Of a stretch of 53,747 bases of DNA, positions 25,260 through 35,316 are shown one piece after another. Each line of letters opens with the position of its first letter. The first letter of the stretch is position 1. This DNA comes from a virus (lineage: Duplodnaviria; Caudoviricetes). The notes beneath the pieces are model-generated. The model saw only the letters and a program-made list of their open reading frames with translations. It made no database searches and had not been told where the DNA came from. The position numbers and the translations under genes are program-made. The DNA lies in the IMG/VR virus record IMGVR_UViG_3300028392_000082, positions 1-53,747 of that record; one strand, given 5' to 3'.

Positions 25260-26282
25260 TTAAAGTACTAACTCGTTCTCTATCAACGACTTGGCCGTAG
25301 CGTAATCTACTTGGTACTCTTTTCGTCTTGCGCGTACCTCTTTGATAATGTCCAATTCGGTGCAGTATACCACGAAGTTTCTTACTTCGCTTTGGATACA
25401 ATTAACTTTTTGGTTCTTTACCAACGATAGCATCTTATTAAAAGACAGCACCGGATCTCCAGGTCGCTTCTTTCCGTTTTGGTAGTATAGTTTTAAAAGC
25501 GTAAGATTAAGCTCTGCCTGTTTGTACTTGGGCGTTGACAGGAGCTTTTTGGTCTCGTCGTACGATCCTAATGTATATACAGCGTTAAATGCCACACCAA
25601 GAGCGATGATAAACTCCAAGAAAAATGTCATGAATACGAATGCAGTATCGTTTTCTTTGTTCTTTGCTAAAACTGTTTCTGATCTGCCCACAGTTTTATT
25701 TTCGGCTTCTTTGACCTTTGTGTCTTTATTAACTTGTAGTGCTGCGACTATTGAATCTCTATATTTTCTATCGGCTTTAGATCGGCCTGGTTGTGATCTG
25801 TAGTATGTGATTTCTTTGTCGTAGTACTTTGAGATTGAATCCGACTTGATTTGAATATTATTGTCTATGGCTGTTTCTATCGTAGCGGAAGAGTCGACCA
25901 ATCTGTGAGCTCCGTTTAAAGAGAGGTAAAAAGATCCTGCTATTAGGAAAGCTACACACAAAGATCCGACTATTCCGTTCCAAGTAAAAAACTTTCTAAT
26001 CTGGATAAAATATACGCTTAGCTGTTCTATTGCAAATCTTTTGGTTAATTCGTATCCAGCCAAAAACAATCCAATGAATACCGAAAGGAATTCTGTTTGA
26101 TACGGAAACATGTGAGGTAATGTGTCTACGATATTCTTAATAAAGAAGTAACCGAAGTACACCAAAAAAATATTGCCCAAGAAAGAGAAGTAATACAACA
26201 CTCTGTCTAACGCAAAAAAATTCTTCTCAAGCTTAAGTACTTCTAATCTAACCTTGAGTTTTTGAAACTTGTCTAATTTCAT
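25260..26282 (-). CDS. Multi-pass membrane protein
   Basis: About 4 TM helices and a coiled-coil loop. Confidence 0.75.
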   Translation of the reverse strand: MKLDKFQKLKVRLEVLKLEKNFFALDRVLYYFSFLGNIFLVYFGYFFIKNIVDTLPHMFPYQTEFLSVFIGLFLAGYELTKRFAIEQLSVYFIQIRKFFTWNGIVGSLCVAFLIAGSFYLSLNGAHRLVDSSATIETAIDNNIQIKSDSISKYYDKEITYYRSQPGRSKADRKYRDSIVAALQVNKDTKVKEAENKTVGRSETVLAKNKENDTAFVFMTFFLEFIIALGVAFNAVYTLGSYDETKKLLSTPKYKQAELNLTLLKLYYQNGKKRPGDPVLSFNKMLSLVKNQKVNCIQSEVRNFVVYCTELDIIKEVRARRKEYQVDYATAKSLIENELVL

Positions 26283-26284
26283 AA

Positions 26285-26464
26285 CTACTTTTTTATTTTC
26301 TTGTAGGGAAAAAGCTTATTTAGCGTGCTTTGTCTTCTTGTGCATCCGCAATCTTCGTAACCTAAAGCGTTTGCAATACGTTCAGCCAATTTGTCGAGTC
26401 CAACAAAATGGGTAAATTTCGCTATAGTATCGCCTAATCCACTACTTTTATTTTCTATTTTCAT
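26285..26464 (-). CDS. 59-aa phage protein with GLGD...CGC motif
   Basis: Manual translation MKIENKSSGLGDTIAKFTHFVGLDKLAERIANALGYEDCGCTRRQSTLNKLFPY... Confidence 0.75.
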   Translation of the reverse strand: MKIENKSSGLGDTIAKFTHFVGLDKLAERIANALGYEDCGCTRRQSTLNKLFPYKKIKK

Positions 26465-26654
26465 TTCTGTCTACTTTTCTTTCGACTTCTTCTATCTTAG
26501 CGCCAGTCGCCATTGCCAGCACTCTTATTTGATCGAAGACTTCTTCTAATACATATTTCAATGCGTGGATCTTTCTCCACTGTAAAATTTGCATAACTGA
26601 TAGTACTACTATAATTAACACATAAACCCTATCCTCAGTGACTTCAATAATCAT
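26448..26654 (-). CDS. Small membrane protein
   Basis: One TM helix. Confidence 0.65.
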   Translation of the reverse strand: MIIEVTEDRVYVLIIVVLSVMQILQWRKIHALKYVLEEVFDQIRVLAMATGAKIEEVERKVDRNENRK

Positions 26655-26680
26655 CTTGTATTTTTAACTAATTTAATAAA

Positions 26681-26845
26681 TTATTCGGAATCTTTATCTT
26701 TTATTTTCTTGGTACCCATCGTGTGCTTTGGATCGTAAGGACAATGTCTGCAGTAGTTACCACAGCACTGACCTCTCTGCAAATGGAAAAGAGCCGTAAA
26801 AACGACTCTTTCTCCTTCTACGTAGTAGTGAATATTTTCTACCAT
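26681..26845 (-). CDS. Small Cys-rich protein (DUF5522-like)
   Basis: HLQRGQCCGNYCRHCPY motif; start taken at MVENI. Confidence 0.75.
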   Translation of the reverse strand: MVENIHYYVEGERVVFTALFHLQRGQCCGNYCRHCPYDPKHTMGTKKIKDKDSE

Positions 26846-26852
26846 TCCGTCT

Positions 26853-28703
26853 TTATACGATTTCGCATGCTCCGCCTGCACAAGCTAGTTCTCCTTTTTG
26901 ATCCGTATTGTCGTTCAACTCTACGACTTTAGTAAGATCGATTTCGTGAAGATTTTTAATTATATCGTTGAATTGCTCTTCTGTGATTGTTTCGAAAGGC
27001 GCTTGAACGTAACTACCATTATCGTAAGGCAAACATGATAACGCTGTGTAGTTATTTCTGTTGTTCCATGCCCACTCGGTTACCTCTGGCCACTCTTCGT
27101 CTCTTAAACTAATTGTTACTGAAACGTTGTGCGTATTTCTACCGCCTCTGTGACCAGGCTTGATCCACTCTTTGTGTATCTTTTCTAGTCTGTGTAAAAG
27201 ATCTAATGCTTTTTCGTCTCTAGTAATTGCTCCTTCTGGTGCCTTTTGAGGAATGGTTACTATCGCTTGAGTTTGTGGTTTAAAGTACTCGTCTTCTATT
27301 AGCTCTGGATGATGAAGCGCCAAGTGAGTGTATAAAGATTCGTTCTTTCCCAATCTCATTCTTCTGTAATAGAATTTATCGTGCCATGCGTGTACTCCTG
27401 AAGAGGTTCCCAATACCATTGAAGTTGTGCCTGACGGTTTAACTGTTGTACATCTTGCAGATTTATTTATTCCGATTAGTTTTGCTACTCTTTCGTTTTC
27501 TTCTTTTACTATTAAGGCCGCTTCTTTCATGTTTAATTTAAGAACTGCGCCTGAAGCAATACCTGTCATACCGATTCCGATCAACGCATCTTTCTCTGTT
27601 GTTCTCTTCCAAATATCTCTTAAATAATGGAAGTCGGTGTAAGAGGCTTGTAGCGTTCCGATGAATGCGGCTTGCTTAACTCTTTCGTTGTAGTCTTCTT
27701 GTGATTCCAAGTTAGACACATTCACTTCGCACAAATTACAGAATTGAAAAGATCTCAACGCAATCTCAGCACATGGATTAGTTCCCCAATCTTTATCGTT
27801 TGTTAAGAAAAATCCAGGTTCTCCAGCTTTTGATAATTCAATTTTCTTGAACAGATCAAAGAATTCCTCTTTTTGAATTCTGTCTCTTAATAAGACCGCA
27901 GAGTTGTTTGCTCTACCGCGTTGTGGATTTGCTTCCCACCAAGAACCGAATTTAGAAGTTAACATGTCTTCGTCGTCGAAACTGAATAAGCTAATTAAAG
28001 CAGCTCTACGAATACCACCTGATAATACTGCGTCTGCAATATAGCAGATCATATCGTGACACTCTAATGGAGATAATCTGTCTCCGCTTTCTTTACGATC
28101 CAAAATCTTTTGAATTTGGAACAAACACTCTTTTAATGGCTCTGGTCCTGGCGCTTTACCGCCTGCAGTAATTAACATTGCGCCTTTTGGTCTAACGTCT
28201 CTAAAATCGAATTTAGGTCTTGGTCCACCAACTAAGTAAGACTTCATTAAAATCTTTACTGCGTCTGCCCAACCTTCTATAGAATCTCCAACTAAGAATC
28301 GCTTCTCTTTTGTTGGCTTTGTAATTTCTGGTAACTCGTCAATGTGATGCTTTTGCACAGAGTATCCAACACCGCAACCACCTAACAAAAGGAACATTAC
28401 TTCACTGAACACCCTCCAATCGTTAACAGGAGCAAAAGAGCAGTTAAATATACGAGCATTATTAATTTCAATGGGCTTACCTGCAAACTGCATCGAACGC
28501 ATCGAAGGAAGAATTTTTTTATCATATACTAGTTTATAAGCTTCTTCAATTTCTTTAGACAATAACGGAAACTTCTTCTGATGCATTTGTTTGTTTCTTG
28601 TTACTATCTCGTTCCACGTTTCTCTTCTCTGTAACTCGGGTAAATACTTGGCGTACTTGTTATACACCGTAATGTCAGATAGAATCTCCTGCGTAATGTC
28701 CAT
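26853..28703 (-). CDS. nrdJ: Class II (B12-dependent) ribonucleotide reductase, monomeric type
   Basis: FNCSF, TNPCAEI, TVKPSGT, C-terminal CAGGAC; no nrdB nearby. Confidence 0.9.
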   Translation of the reverse strand: MDITQEILSDITVYNKYAKYLPELQRRETWNEIVTRNKQMHQKKFPLLSKEIEEAYKLVYDKKILPSMRSMQFAGKPIEINNARIFNCSFAPVNDWRVFSEVMFLLLGGCGVGYSVQKHHIDELPEITKPTKEKRFLVGDSIEGWADAVKILMKSYLVGGPRPKFDFRDVRPKGAMLITAGGKAPGPEPLKECLFQIQKILDRKESGDRLSPLECHDMICYIADAVLSGGIRRAALISLFSFDDEDMLTSKFGSWWEANPQRGRANNSAVLLRDRIQKEEFFDLFKKIELSKAGEPGFFLTNDKDWGTNPCAEIALRSFQFCNLCEVNVSNLESQEDYNERVKQAAFIGTLQASYTDFHYLRDIWKRTTEKDALIGIGMTGIASGAVLKLNMKEAALIVKEENERVAKLIGINKSARCTTVKPSGTTSMVLGTSSGVHAWHDKFYYRRMRLGKNESLYTHLALHHPELIEDEYFKPQTQAIVTIPQKAPEGAITRDEKALDLLHRLEKIHKEWIKPGHRGGRNTHNVSVTISLRDEEWPEVTEWAWNNRNNYTALSCLPYDNGSYVQAPFETITEEQFNDIIKNLHEIDLTKVVELNDNTDQKGELACAGGACEIV

Positions 28704-28815
28704 TTATTTTGTTTTTTTATTATTTTTTTAAATAGCCCAGCCCGTGAGCGTAGCTGTATACCCCTATTATGGTTCGAAACCTTTAATAAATTAGTGAGAA
28801 TGTAAAAAGACTAAA

Positions 28816-29037
28816 CTATCTAGTTCCAGGTACTGTTGTGTTACCTTGAGTTTGATCAGCAGGCTGACTTTGAATCTTACCAATTTTTCTGATTTTATCA
28901 GTAGTAAGTTTATCGTACTGTTGGTCTCCTGTTGAATTCAATTGTGCAATTGAATCATTATACTTTGAAGGAGTTGCGTTAGCGCGAAAGTTATCGCCCT
29001 TTGGTGATTTTTTAAATAAGCTGATCAAAAAGTTCAT
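28816..29037 (-). CDS. Hypothetical protein
   Basis: 73 aa ORF preceded by ATATTTAT at 29056. Confidence 0.65.
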   Translation of the reverse strand: MNFLISLFKKSPKGDNFRANATPSKYNDSIAQLNSTGDQQYDKLTTDKIRKIGKIQSQPADQTQGNTTVPGTR

Positions 29038-29081
29038 AGAATGCGTTTTGTACTAATAAATATAGCCTTTTTACGATAAAT

Positions 29082-30458
29082 CTAAAGATTCATCTCAAAG
29101 AATTTTTTGGACAAATAGTTTTTCTCGTCGGCGCTAAAACTGCCACTATTTCCATTACCGTTTGGCTTGCCGGTGTCGAATGTCAAATTGTCCTCGTCCA
29201 TCTCGTCCTTACTAATTTCTATTCTGCCGCAATTTGTGTTGACCTTTGCGGCGTAGGTCATGCCGTCTGCACCGTACCTATTTTTCATTACGTGCATTCT
29301 TCCGGTGCCATTTACCTTGTCCTGTCTCTTTCTTGATAACGACATCGCAAAGTCAGCAATCATCATTTTATTGTAAGATCCTGCGGCCTTGTCACCCTCA
29401 ATTACATCGTCTTTTGCTCCCATTCTATTTACTTGGGATACTGTCCAAACTGGTACTTTGATTTCTCTTGCCATACCTTTGACCGCAGTGTATACATCGT
29501 CTATCGCGTCCTTTGGGTCTATAGATCTTGTTTTGCTCTTTAACAGGTCAACGTAATCTATAATGACTAAATCTGGAGGATGCCCTAAATCTCTACACTT
29601 TTGAATGTGATTCTCTATAGTGTTAGGAGTAGTTTTACCCATTGGAAATTCTTTGATAATCAACTTGCCTTTTAGCTTGTCAATTTCTTGTTGAACTTTG
29701 TCTCTGTTCAAGTGAATCTGTTGAACGTCTATGCCAGTAAACAGCGCATCGTATCTTTTACCAATGTAGTCTTCGGATAATTCCAATGTGTAATGGTTTA
29801 CCGTAAAACCCATTTGCACTGCTATGGCGCCTAGGTTTACCAACAACCAAGATTTACCACCGCCTGGATTTCCAAATATAATTCCTAGATCTCCTACACC
29901 CAAACCTCCCATAAGCAATTCGTTTAGATTTGCCCATGGAGTTGCAATGGGAGAACGCTGTTCCATTCTATAACGAGTTTCCATGTCCTTCTCGTATTCG
30001 TGTCCTATTCTTTTGTCTTGTCCTGCTTTTAACGCTGTATCGATCATTGATCTAATCTGATCAAATTCGCCCTTTTCCAAAAGACTAACAGAATTCATAA
30101 TCGCGTTCTTCATCTGCTGATTCTTACAGAAGTTAGAAAATTCGCTCTCTACGTATTCTCTATCTTCGTCTGTAGCTTTTAATGAATCCTTTAGTTGTTC
30201 TACTACGCTCACCTTTAACACGTCGTTGTCGATCTTCTTAACTTCGACCTGTAAAGATTCCATAGAAGGCGTTGTGTGATACTTGTAATAGTACCTTAAT
30301 ATCTCTTGTACAATCCACTTGTGCGCTGGATTATCGAACATCTCTACGTCCAAAATGTCGTTTATGTTTTGTAAGAATTCTTTATCTTTTAATAAGCTAG
30401 ATAAAACCTTAATTTGAAAACCTACTCCGTACTGTTGTAACTGATTTAAAACTGCCAT
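29082..30458 (-). CDS. Replicative SF4 helicase (DnaB / T4 gp41-like)
   Basis: GNPGGGKS Walker A, IIDYVD, SQVNR, KNRYG. Confidence 0.92.
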   Translation of the reverse strand: MAVLNQLQQYGVGFQIKVLSSLLKDKEFLQNINDILDVEMFDNPAHKWIVQEILRYYYKYHTTPSMESLQVEVKKIDNDVLKVSVVEQLKDSLKATDEDREYVESEFSNFCKNQQMKNAIMNSVSLLEKGEFDQIRSMIDTALKAGQDKRIGHEYEKDMETRYRMEQRSPIATPWANLNELLMGGLGVGDLGIIFGNPGGGKSWLLVNLGAIAVQMGFTVNHYTLELSEDYIGKRYDALFTGIDVQQIHLNRDKVQQEIDKLKGKLIIKEFPMGKTTPNTIENHIQKCRDLGHPPDLVIIDYVDLLKSKTRSIDPKDAIDDVYTAVKGMAREIKVPVWTVSQVNRMGAKDDVIEGDKAAGSYNKMMIADFAMSLSRKRQDKVNGTGRMHVMKNRYGADGMTYAAKVNTNCGRIEISKDEMDEDNLTFDTGKPNGNGNSGSFSADEKNYLSKKFFEMNL

Positions 30459-30461
30459 AAC

Positions 30462-31493
30462 TTATTTATATTTTGATAACTGGTGAAAATGATTGTGTAA
30501 CCACGACTGGAGATTTGCTATCGAATTTCCTAGGTCGTCTTCGTGATAAATTTCCATAAATTCCTTTGATCTATAAGTCTTGTTAGGACTCGCCAACATT
30601 TCTTGTATTTCTACAATGGAATCTTCTGGTATGTTGGGATTTGTTAGATCCATTAACTTTTCGTTTATCTTTAACTGATGCTCGAAATTTCTAATACTCA
30701 TGAATGCTTTTCCGTCTCCGTCTTTTGCTTTTTGTATAACTTCTGTTAAAGTCATTTTATTGTAGCTAGATAATTCTGGATAAAGTTTTGTTATCGTCTT
30801 TGGTCCGATGCCTTTAATTCCAGGAACGTTATCTCCAGAATCTCCGGTTAAAACTTTATAATTCAAAAAGTTTTCGCTGCTAACTCCGTATTGGTCTAAG
30901 ACTTTTTTAGGAGTGTAGAAGATTTTTTTCGTAGGAGAATATACAGTTATCCTTTCAGATACGAGCTGTAAATAATCTCGGTCTGAAGACATTATTGTGA
31001 AGTCAGTGTCCATCTGTTGAGTAATGTAACCGATAACATCGTCAGCTTCTATTTTATCTATTGAAATTAAATCTACCGGCAAGCACTTCAAATAATCTAT
31101 TAATCTAACTAACTGATTTGTGATTGCTTCTGATTCTTGCTCTTGATTCTCAAAAGCGTCCCAGTTAGTGACCCTGCGTATGCCTCTATTAGCTTTGTAC
31201 TCTGGATAGATATAACGTTTATTCGTTGATGAGCCCTTGCCATCGAACGCCAGAATCACTCTGGTAGGTCGAATCAAGTTGATGGCAAAACCAAGCGACC
31301 TTAGGTAACCTGTTAATCCACCAACGTGATTCAAACTTTTATTAAAATGCTGTATAACCGTAAACGCTCTTAGGAAAGTATTCAGTGAATCGATAATTAA
31401 AATTCTATCGTTTACCTTTAGATCTTCTTTTGTCTCTTCTACTACTGCTTCCTTTCCAAGCGAATCGAATATCTTTTGGTAATCTTTATTCAT
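30462..31493 (-). CDS. 5'-3' exonuclease / flap endonuclease (T4 RNase H-like)
   Basis: YKANR, EADD, SSDRD, GDSGDNVPGIKGIG; start taken at MNKDY. Confidence 0.92.
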   Translation of the reverse strand: MNKDYQKIFDSLGKEAVVEETKEDLKVNDRILIIDSLNTFLRAFTVIQHFNKSLNHVGGLTGYLRSLGFAINLIRPTRVILAFDGKGSSTNKRYIYPEYKANRGIRRVTNWDAFENQEQESEAITNQLVRLIDYLKCLPVDLISIDKIEADDVIGYITQQMDTDFTIMSSDRDYLQLVSERITVYSPTKKIFYTPKKVLDQYGVSSENFLNYKVLTGDSGDNVPGIKGIGPKTITKLYPELSSYNKMTLTEVIQKAKDGDGKAFMSIRNFEHQLKINEKLMDLTNPNIPEDSIVEIQEMLASPNKTYRSKEFMEIYHEDDLGNSIANLQSWLHNHFHQLSKYK

Positions 31494-32562
31494 GTTCTGA
31501 ACTATCAAATAAATCTTTAGTGTCTTCGTCAGCCTCTTCAATTACATCGAAATCTTTTGAACCCAATGTTTTTAGCCACTGATGAGAATATTGTTTCTTG
31601 TAATTGTCCAATGCTTTCTTATCGTCGTCAATAAATCCGTGTACTGTCATAATAACCTTGTTCAAAGCAGTAACTCCAGTGACGTGATTCTTATCGCAAG
31701 AGATTTTTGTTCTCTTTGCAAACTCAACCTCTTTACCGTTCTTGGTAGCTTTGATCTTGTTTGTACCTGCATTAGTAACGTTTCCGAAAGTGATAATAAG
31801 AGAAGCGTCAAAGAACATTGTGTCTCCACCTTTATTCTTCATCTTTGGTTGACTCATAATAGTTTCAGGCTTTGCGACCCAAACTTTATTGATTGCAACG
31901 AATGAGTTTGTATAAGGCTGACTCTCTTTTCTTGATAACGCAATCTTCTGATTAACGAACTGTCCGAACTGTTGTGACATAGCACCCGCGTTCCACTCGT
32001 TATTGTTCTTGTTTGACTCAATCGATAGTCGGCATGGGACGGAGCCCACAGAGTCCCAAAAGAAACAGATATCGTAAGGCAAGTTTCCAGCCTTCTGCTC
32101 GTCCAAAATATCCAAGATAAATGCTGATACGTCTTCGATACAATTCATCTTTTCTCTATCAACGAACAAGAAAAAGCCTTTGTAATCGGATACTACGCCG
32201 TCTTCGTCAGCAACCTCTTCAAATTGCAATCCCATTTCTTTAGCGTGTTCCCAACTCCATTTCATCTCGGTAATAATGAAGACAGGTAGAATGCCCATTT
32301 TTTGAGCGTTAACTGCTGCTTCCAATAAAGCGGTTGTTTTACCTGTATCGGAGTGACCTCTCAATAAAGTAATGTGACCCTTTGGAATACCAGGAATTTG
32401 TAATGCGTCTTGAAACGATTTCGATAAAGGAATCCACGTTTGATCTTTGAATTTTATAGACGTAGAAGATAAATTCTTTGACTTCTTAAAGTTGTCCAAG
32501 TTGAATTCTGTCTTGATAGCTTTTGATATGGAGCTATTTAACCCTTCTTTAGCCTTTGCCAT
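31486..32562 (-). CDS. RecA/UvsX-like recombinase
   Basis: GHSDTGKT Walker A, WDSVG Walker B, KGG. Confidence 0.85.
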   Translation of the reverse strand: MAKAKEGLNSSISKAIKTEFNLDNFKKSKNLSSTSIKFKDQTWIPLSKSFQDALQIPGIPKGHITLLRGHSDTGKTTALLEAAVNAQKMGILPVFIITEMKWSWEHAKEMGLQFEEVADEDGVVSDYKGFFLFVDREKMNCIEDVSAFILDILDEQKAGNLPYDICFFWDSVGSVPCRLSIESNKNNNEWNAGAMSQQFGQFVNQKIALSRKESQPYTNSFVAINKVWVAKPETIMSQPKMKNKGGDTMFFDASLIITFGNVTNAGTNKIKATKNGKEVEFAKRTKISCDKNHVTGVTALNKVIMTVHGFIDDDKKALDNYKKQYSHQWLKTLGSKDFDVIEEADEDTKDLFDSSEHE

Positions 32563-32573
32563 TAGTGCGGTTT

Positions 32574-32602
32574 AAAAAGCCCTCGTTTTTAGGTGAGGGC
32601 TT
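32574..32602 (-). terminator. Intrinsic terminator after the SSB gene
   Basis: AAGCCCTC/GAGGGCTT stem plus U5. Confidence 0.75.
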
Positions 32603-32610
32603 ATATGAAT

Positions 32611-33423
32611 TTAGAAGTTAAAAAGGTCATCGATTTTGCTATCGATCTCTGTCTTACTTGTGTTCAAAGTAAAAGCTGCTTTTGGCGCTTCTTCTTTTGA
32701 TTCCCAAGGTAAATCTCCTACTTGCGCAGTTTTTTCAACTACTACGTCTGCGTTTTGCTTGATCTCTTCTTCAGGGTTCAAATGAGCGCCTAAAGCAGAT
32801 TTCATGTCTTCGTAAGACCAACGCTTAAATAGAGTGTTAGGCTCTGGTTGAGTTGTTAACCATAGTTTTACTTTGTCTGCATCTTCTGATAACGCAGTAA
32901 CTTTTGTTCTAACTCTTACTGTACTAGTGTTGTACATTAATCCAGTGGTTTCTTTACCTGCTGTGTCGACTGTAATGTCGTGACCTTGAATAGGATCTGT
33001 AAAATCTCCTACGTCTTCGTCTTCTAAGATTGCCAACAAATCCATGTAGACTTGCTTGCCGAATTCCCATAGTCTTACGCCTTTCTCTTCTTCGCCTCTT
33101 ACGATGACTGGAACGAATACGCGTAATTTTGGTTCGAACTTCTTAGCTGACTGCCAATCGTCGCTCTTTCTTAAACCTTGAGCGAATTCAACGATTGGAT
33201 CTTTTTCGCCGAAAGAAGTCGGAGAAATCATCGTCTTGTTGTTGATGCCGTAGTGGAAAAATAATTCCTTGAATGGGTTCGATTTGTCGTACGCGGATGG
33301 TACAATACGAACTAAGTGTTTACCTACAGTAGGTTTCCAGACTGTTAAACTGAAATCCTTTTTCTGTCCGCCTCTTGGATTTTGTAGGGAAGCGAGCCTA
33401 GACTTTAATTGAGAAATGTCCAT
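32611..33423 (-). CDS. Single-stranded DNA-binding protein (T4 gp32-like)
   Basis: WKP, VRIVP, DFTDP..GHDI; acidic C-terminus IDDLFNF; replication context. Confidence 0.8.
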   Translation of the reverse strand: MDISQLKSRLASLQNPRGGQKKDFSLTVWKPTVGKHLVRIVPSAYDKSNPFKELFFHYGINNKTMISPTSFGEKDPIVEFAQGLRKSDDWQSAKKFEPKLRVFVPVIVRGEEEKGVRLWEFGKQVYMDLLAILEDEDVGDFTDPIQGHDITVDTAGKETTGLMYNTSTVRVRTKVTALSEDADKVKLWLTTQPEPNTLFKRWSYEDMKSALGAHLNPEEEIKQNADVVVEKTAQVGDLPWESKEEAPKAAFTLNTSKTEIDSKIDDLFNF

Positions 33424-33501
33424 AACTGTTGTTTAATAATTTATTATATAGCTAATATACTAAAAATAATCGAAAGAAAAAAATTTATTTTTCAGTGAAA
33501 G

Positions 33502-33930
33502 TTATACAGCAACTATCTTGTGGATGGCGGTATTCAACTTTCTTAACTCTTCGCCTTGGGTCAATAGTATTGAGTTTCTGTAGTCAGGCCAGTTCACCAT
33601 GAACGAATTGTCCAGGACGCCGTTGTTCAGACTCTTAATCAAAGTATTGAGTGCGTTAATTGTATATAGAGTGTTTGAGTCCTTCTTTCTGTGCAAAAGG
33701 ATTGTATTGGGAAGTATCTTTGTATTCGGCCCTTCTATCTCGATGTTGTATGTACACATGTACTCATCCGATTCAGGGGAAGACAAAACAAATATCTTAT
33801 TGTATAGGATCTTGTATTCTTTATTGATTTCTTGCAACCTTTCGTCTAATAACTCTTTTTTAGCGAATGTGCAAAATAGCTTGTTCATAAGCGATTCTGG
33901 TGTTAATTCTATTGTGTTTGTTTCTGTCAT
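33502..33930 (-). CDS. Hypothetical phage protein
   Basis: 142 aa ORF with HRKK...LYTINALN motif. Confidence 0.75.
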   Translation of the reverse strand: MTETNTIELTPESLMNKLFCTFAKKELLDERLQEINKEYKILYNKIFVLSSPESDEYMCTYNIEIEGPNTKILPNTILLHRKKDSNTLYTINALNTLIKSLNNGVLDNSFMVNWPDYRNSILLTQGEELRKLNTAIHKIVAV

Positions 33931-33960
33931 AACCTTGTTTAATAAATATTTGTAATTAGT

Positions 33961-35262
33961 TTAGAATGCATAGCTTGTTCCATGTTTGTGTTTTACCTTC
34001 ATTTCGCCTGTTTCCAATACGGTTTTAATCTCCTCTAGTGTCTTTTTGCCGTCCTTTTTGCTGAAATCAAATAGAAACGAGTCGTATGTGATCAGAATAA
34101 GTTTTGTTTTGGCTGCCGTATTTTTAAGGTAATTCTGAATCTCCTGTATCTTATAAATATTTTCCTTAGTCTCTAGGTTCTGCACCACGTAGTTAAATAG
34201 CTTGTACTTGGTCATTGAAACATCAGGTCTTATAACTCTGCCGGTGTGTAGCTTATAGCCTTTTTGACTTTTATAGGCCTTCCATACCTCTTCAGCAAAC
34301 TCTTCCATTTTTGCAAAGAAGGGAATTTTCTTGTACTTCTTATCAACTCCACCATAAAGCTGTCTGAACGTGATGGTTTTGGACTCTTTGTACTCTTCTT
34401 CGGTCAACTCTTCCTTTTCGAAATACTGCTTTCCCAAATAAATGTGAAAAGAATCTTTTGGACACTCGAAGTCTATAAGTCTTGCTATAAGTCGTAAGTG
34501 ATAAGCGTCGAAGTCAAACTCTACAAGAAAATCGTTAGAAGGTAAAAAGCAGCTTCTAAAGTCGTTCTCTTTTGGAATGGCAAGAAAGTTAATGCCATTG
34601 AAAGAATTTGTCGGTCTTCCAGTTAAATTGTAAAGATTATAACAAGAGTACATCTTATCCGATTGTATGGAGTAGCTCTGATCGTGAATCTGGTACTTAT
34701 CTGTCAAGCACTTAACGTCTACCTTTATTGGATTCTCCTCGACTGATTTGTATGTGCTAACGAAGTCCTCTTGAGTCTGTAAATCTGTTTCTAATCCAAA
34801 GTAACCTTTAACGTAATCGTACAAACATTGGCACCTTTCGTAGTGCTTCGATATAGGTATTAATTCGTTTGTGATGGGAAGCTGCCCATAACGTGAGTAA
34901 AAATCGTGGTGTAAATTGGTATCACAATCGAACTGGTTAAATTCGTTGGTTTGATCTAGATTAACGAAGTGTAGATCTATAGCGTTAGGTAAATCTAAGA
35001 AGTAAGAGTGAAACTTCTTGTCTAATAGGTATACTTTTTTGTGTAGCTTTAAAAACTCTTGAACCATTTTAAAATCCAAGTAAAAGCTTTCTGAATGTTT
35101 GAAAGGAAATATATAGCCCTTTTCTCCATCGTGGTAGTACAGCAAACTTGGATACGTCAACTTTGGATGAACTCTATCGTTGCCCGGTATAAGCTGTACG
35201 AAACACTCGTCTTTAATATCAAGGTTGCCGAATTGCGACAAACTTTCTACAATGAAATACAT
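33961..35262 (-). CDS. Second, compact PolA-like protein
   Basis: TGRPTN...NFLAIPK...RSCF, EFDFDAYHLRL (motif A), KTITFRQLYG (motif B), TYDSFLFD (motif C). Confidence 0.8.
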   Translation of the reverse strand: MYFIVESLSQFGNLDIKDECFVQLIPGNDRVHPKLTYPSLLYYHDGEKGYIFPFKHSESFYLDFKMVQEFLKLHKKVYLLDKKFHSYFLDLPNAIDLHFVNLDQTNEFNQFDCDTNLHHDFYSRYGQLPITNELIPISKHYERCQCLYDYVKGYFGLETDLQTQEDFVSTYKSVEENPIKVDVKCLTDKYQIHDQSYSIQSDKMYSCYNLYNLTGRPTNSFNGINFLAIPKENDFRSCFLPSNDFLVEFDFDAYHLRLIARLIDFECPKDSFHIYLGKQYFEKEELTEEEYKESKTITFRQLYGGVDKKYKKIPFFAKMEEFAEEVWKAYKSQKGYKLHTGRVIRPDVSMTKYKLFNYVVQNLETKENIYKIQEIQNYLKNTAAKTKLILITYDSFLFDFSKKDGKKTLEEIKTVLETGEMKVKHKHGTSYAF

Positions 35263-35316
35263 AACCTTTTAATTTGAACTAAATATAACCAATCCAATCG
35301 ATTGTATTAAATTAAT

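Noticed and set aside
28730-28800. Canonical cobalamin riboswitch (AGGT...TAATAGGG start)
   Set aside because: It lacks GGGAA, the T-loop and the B12-box elements and is far too short
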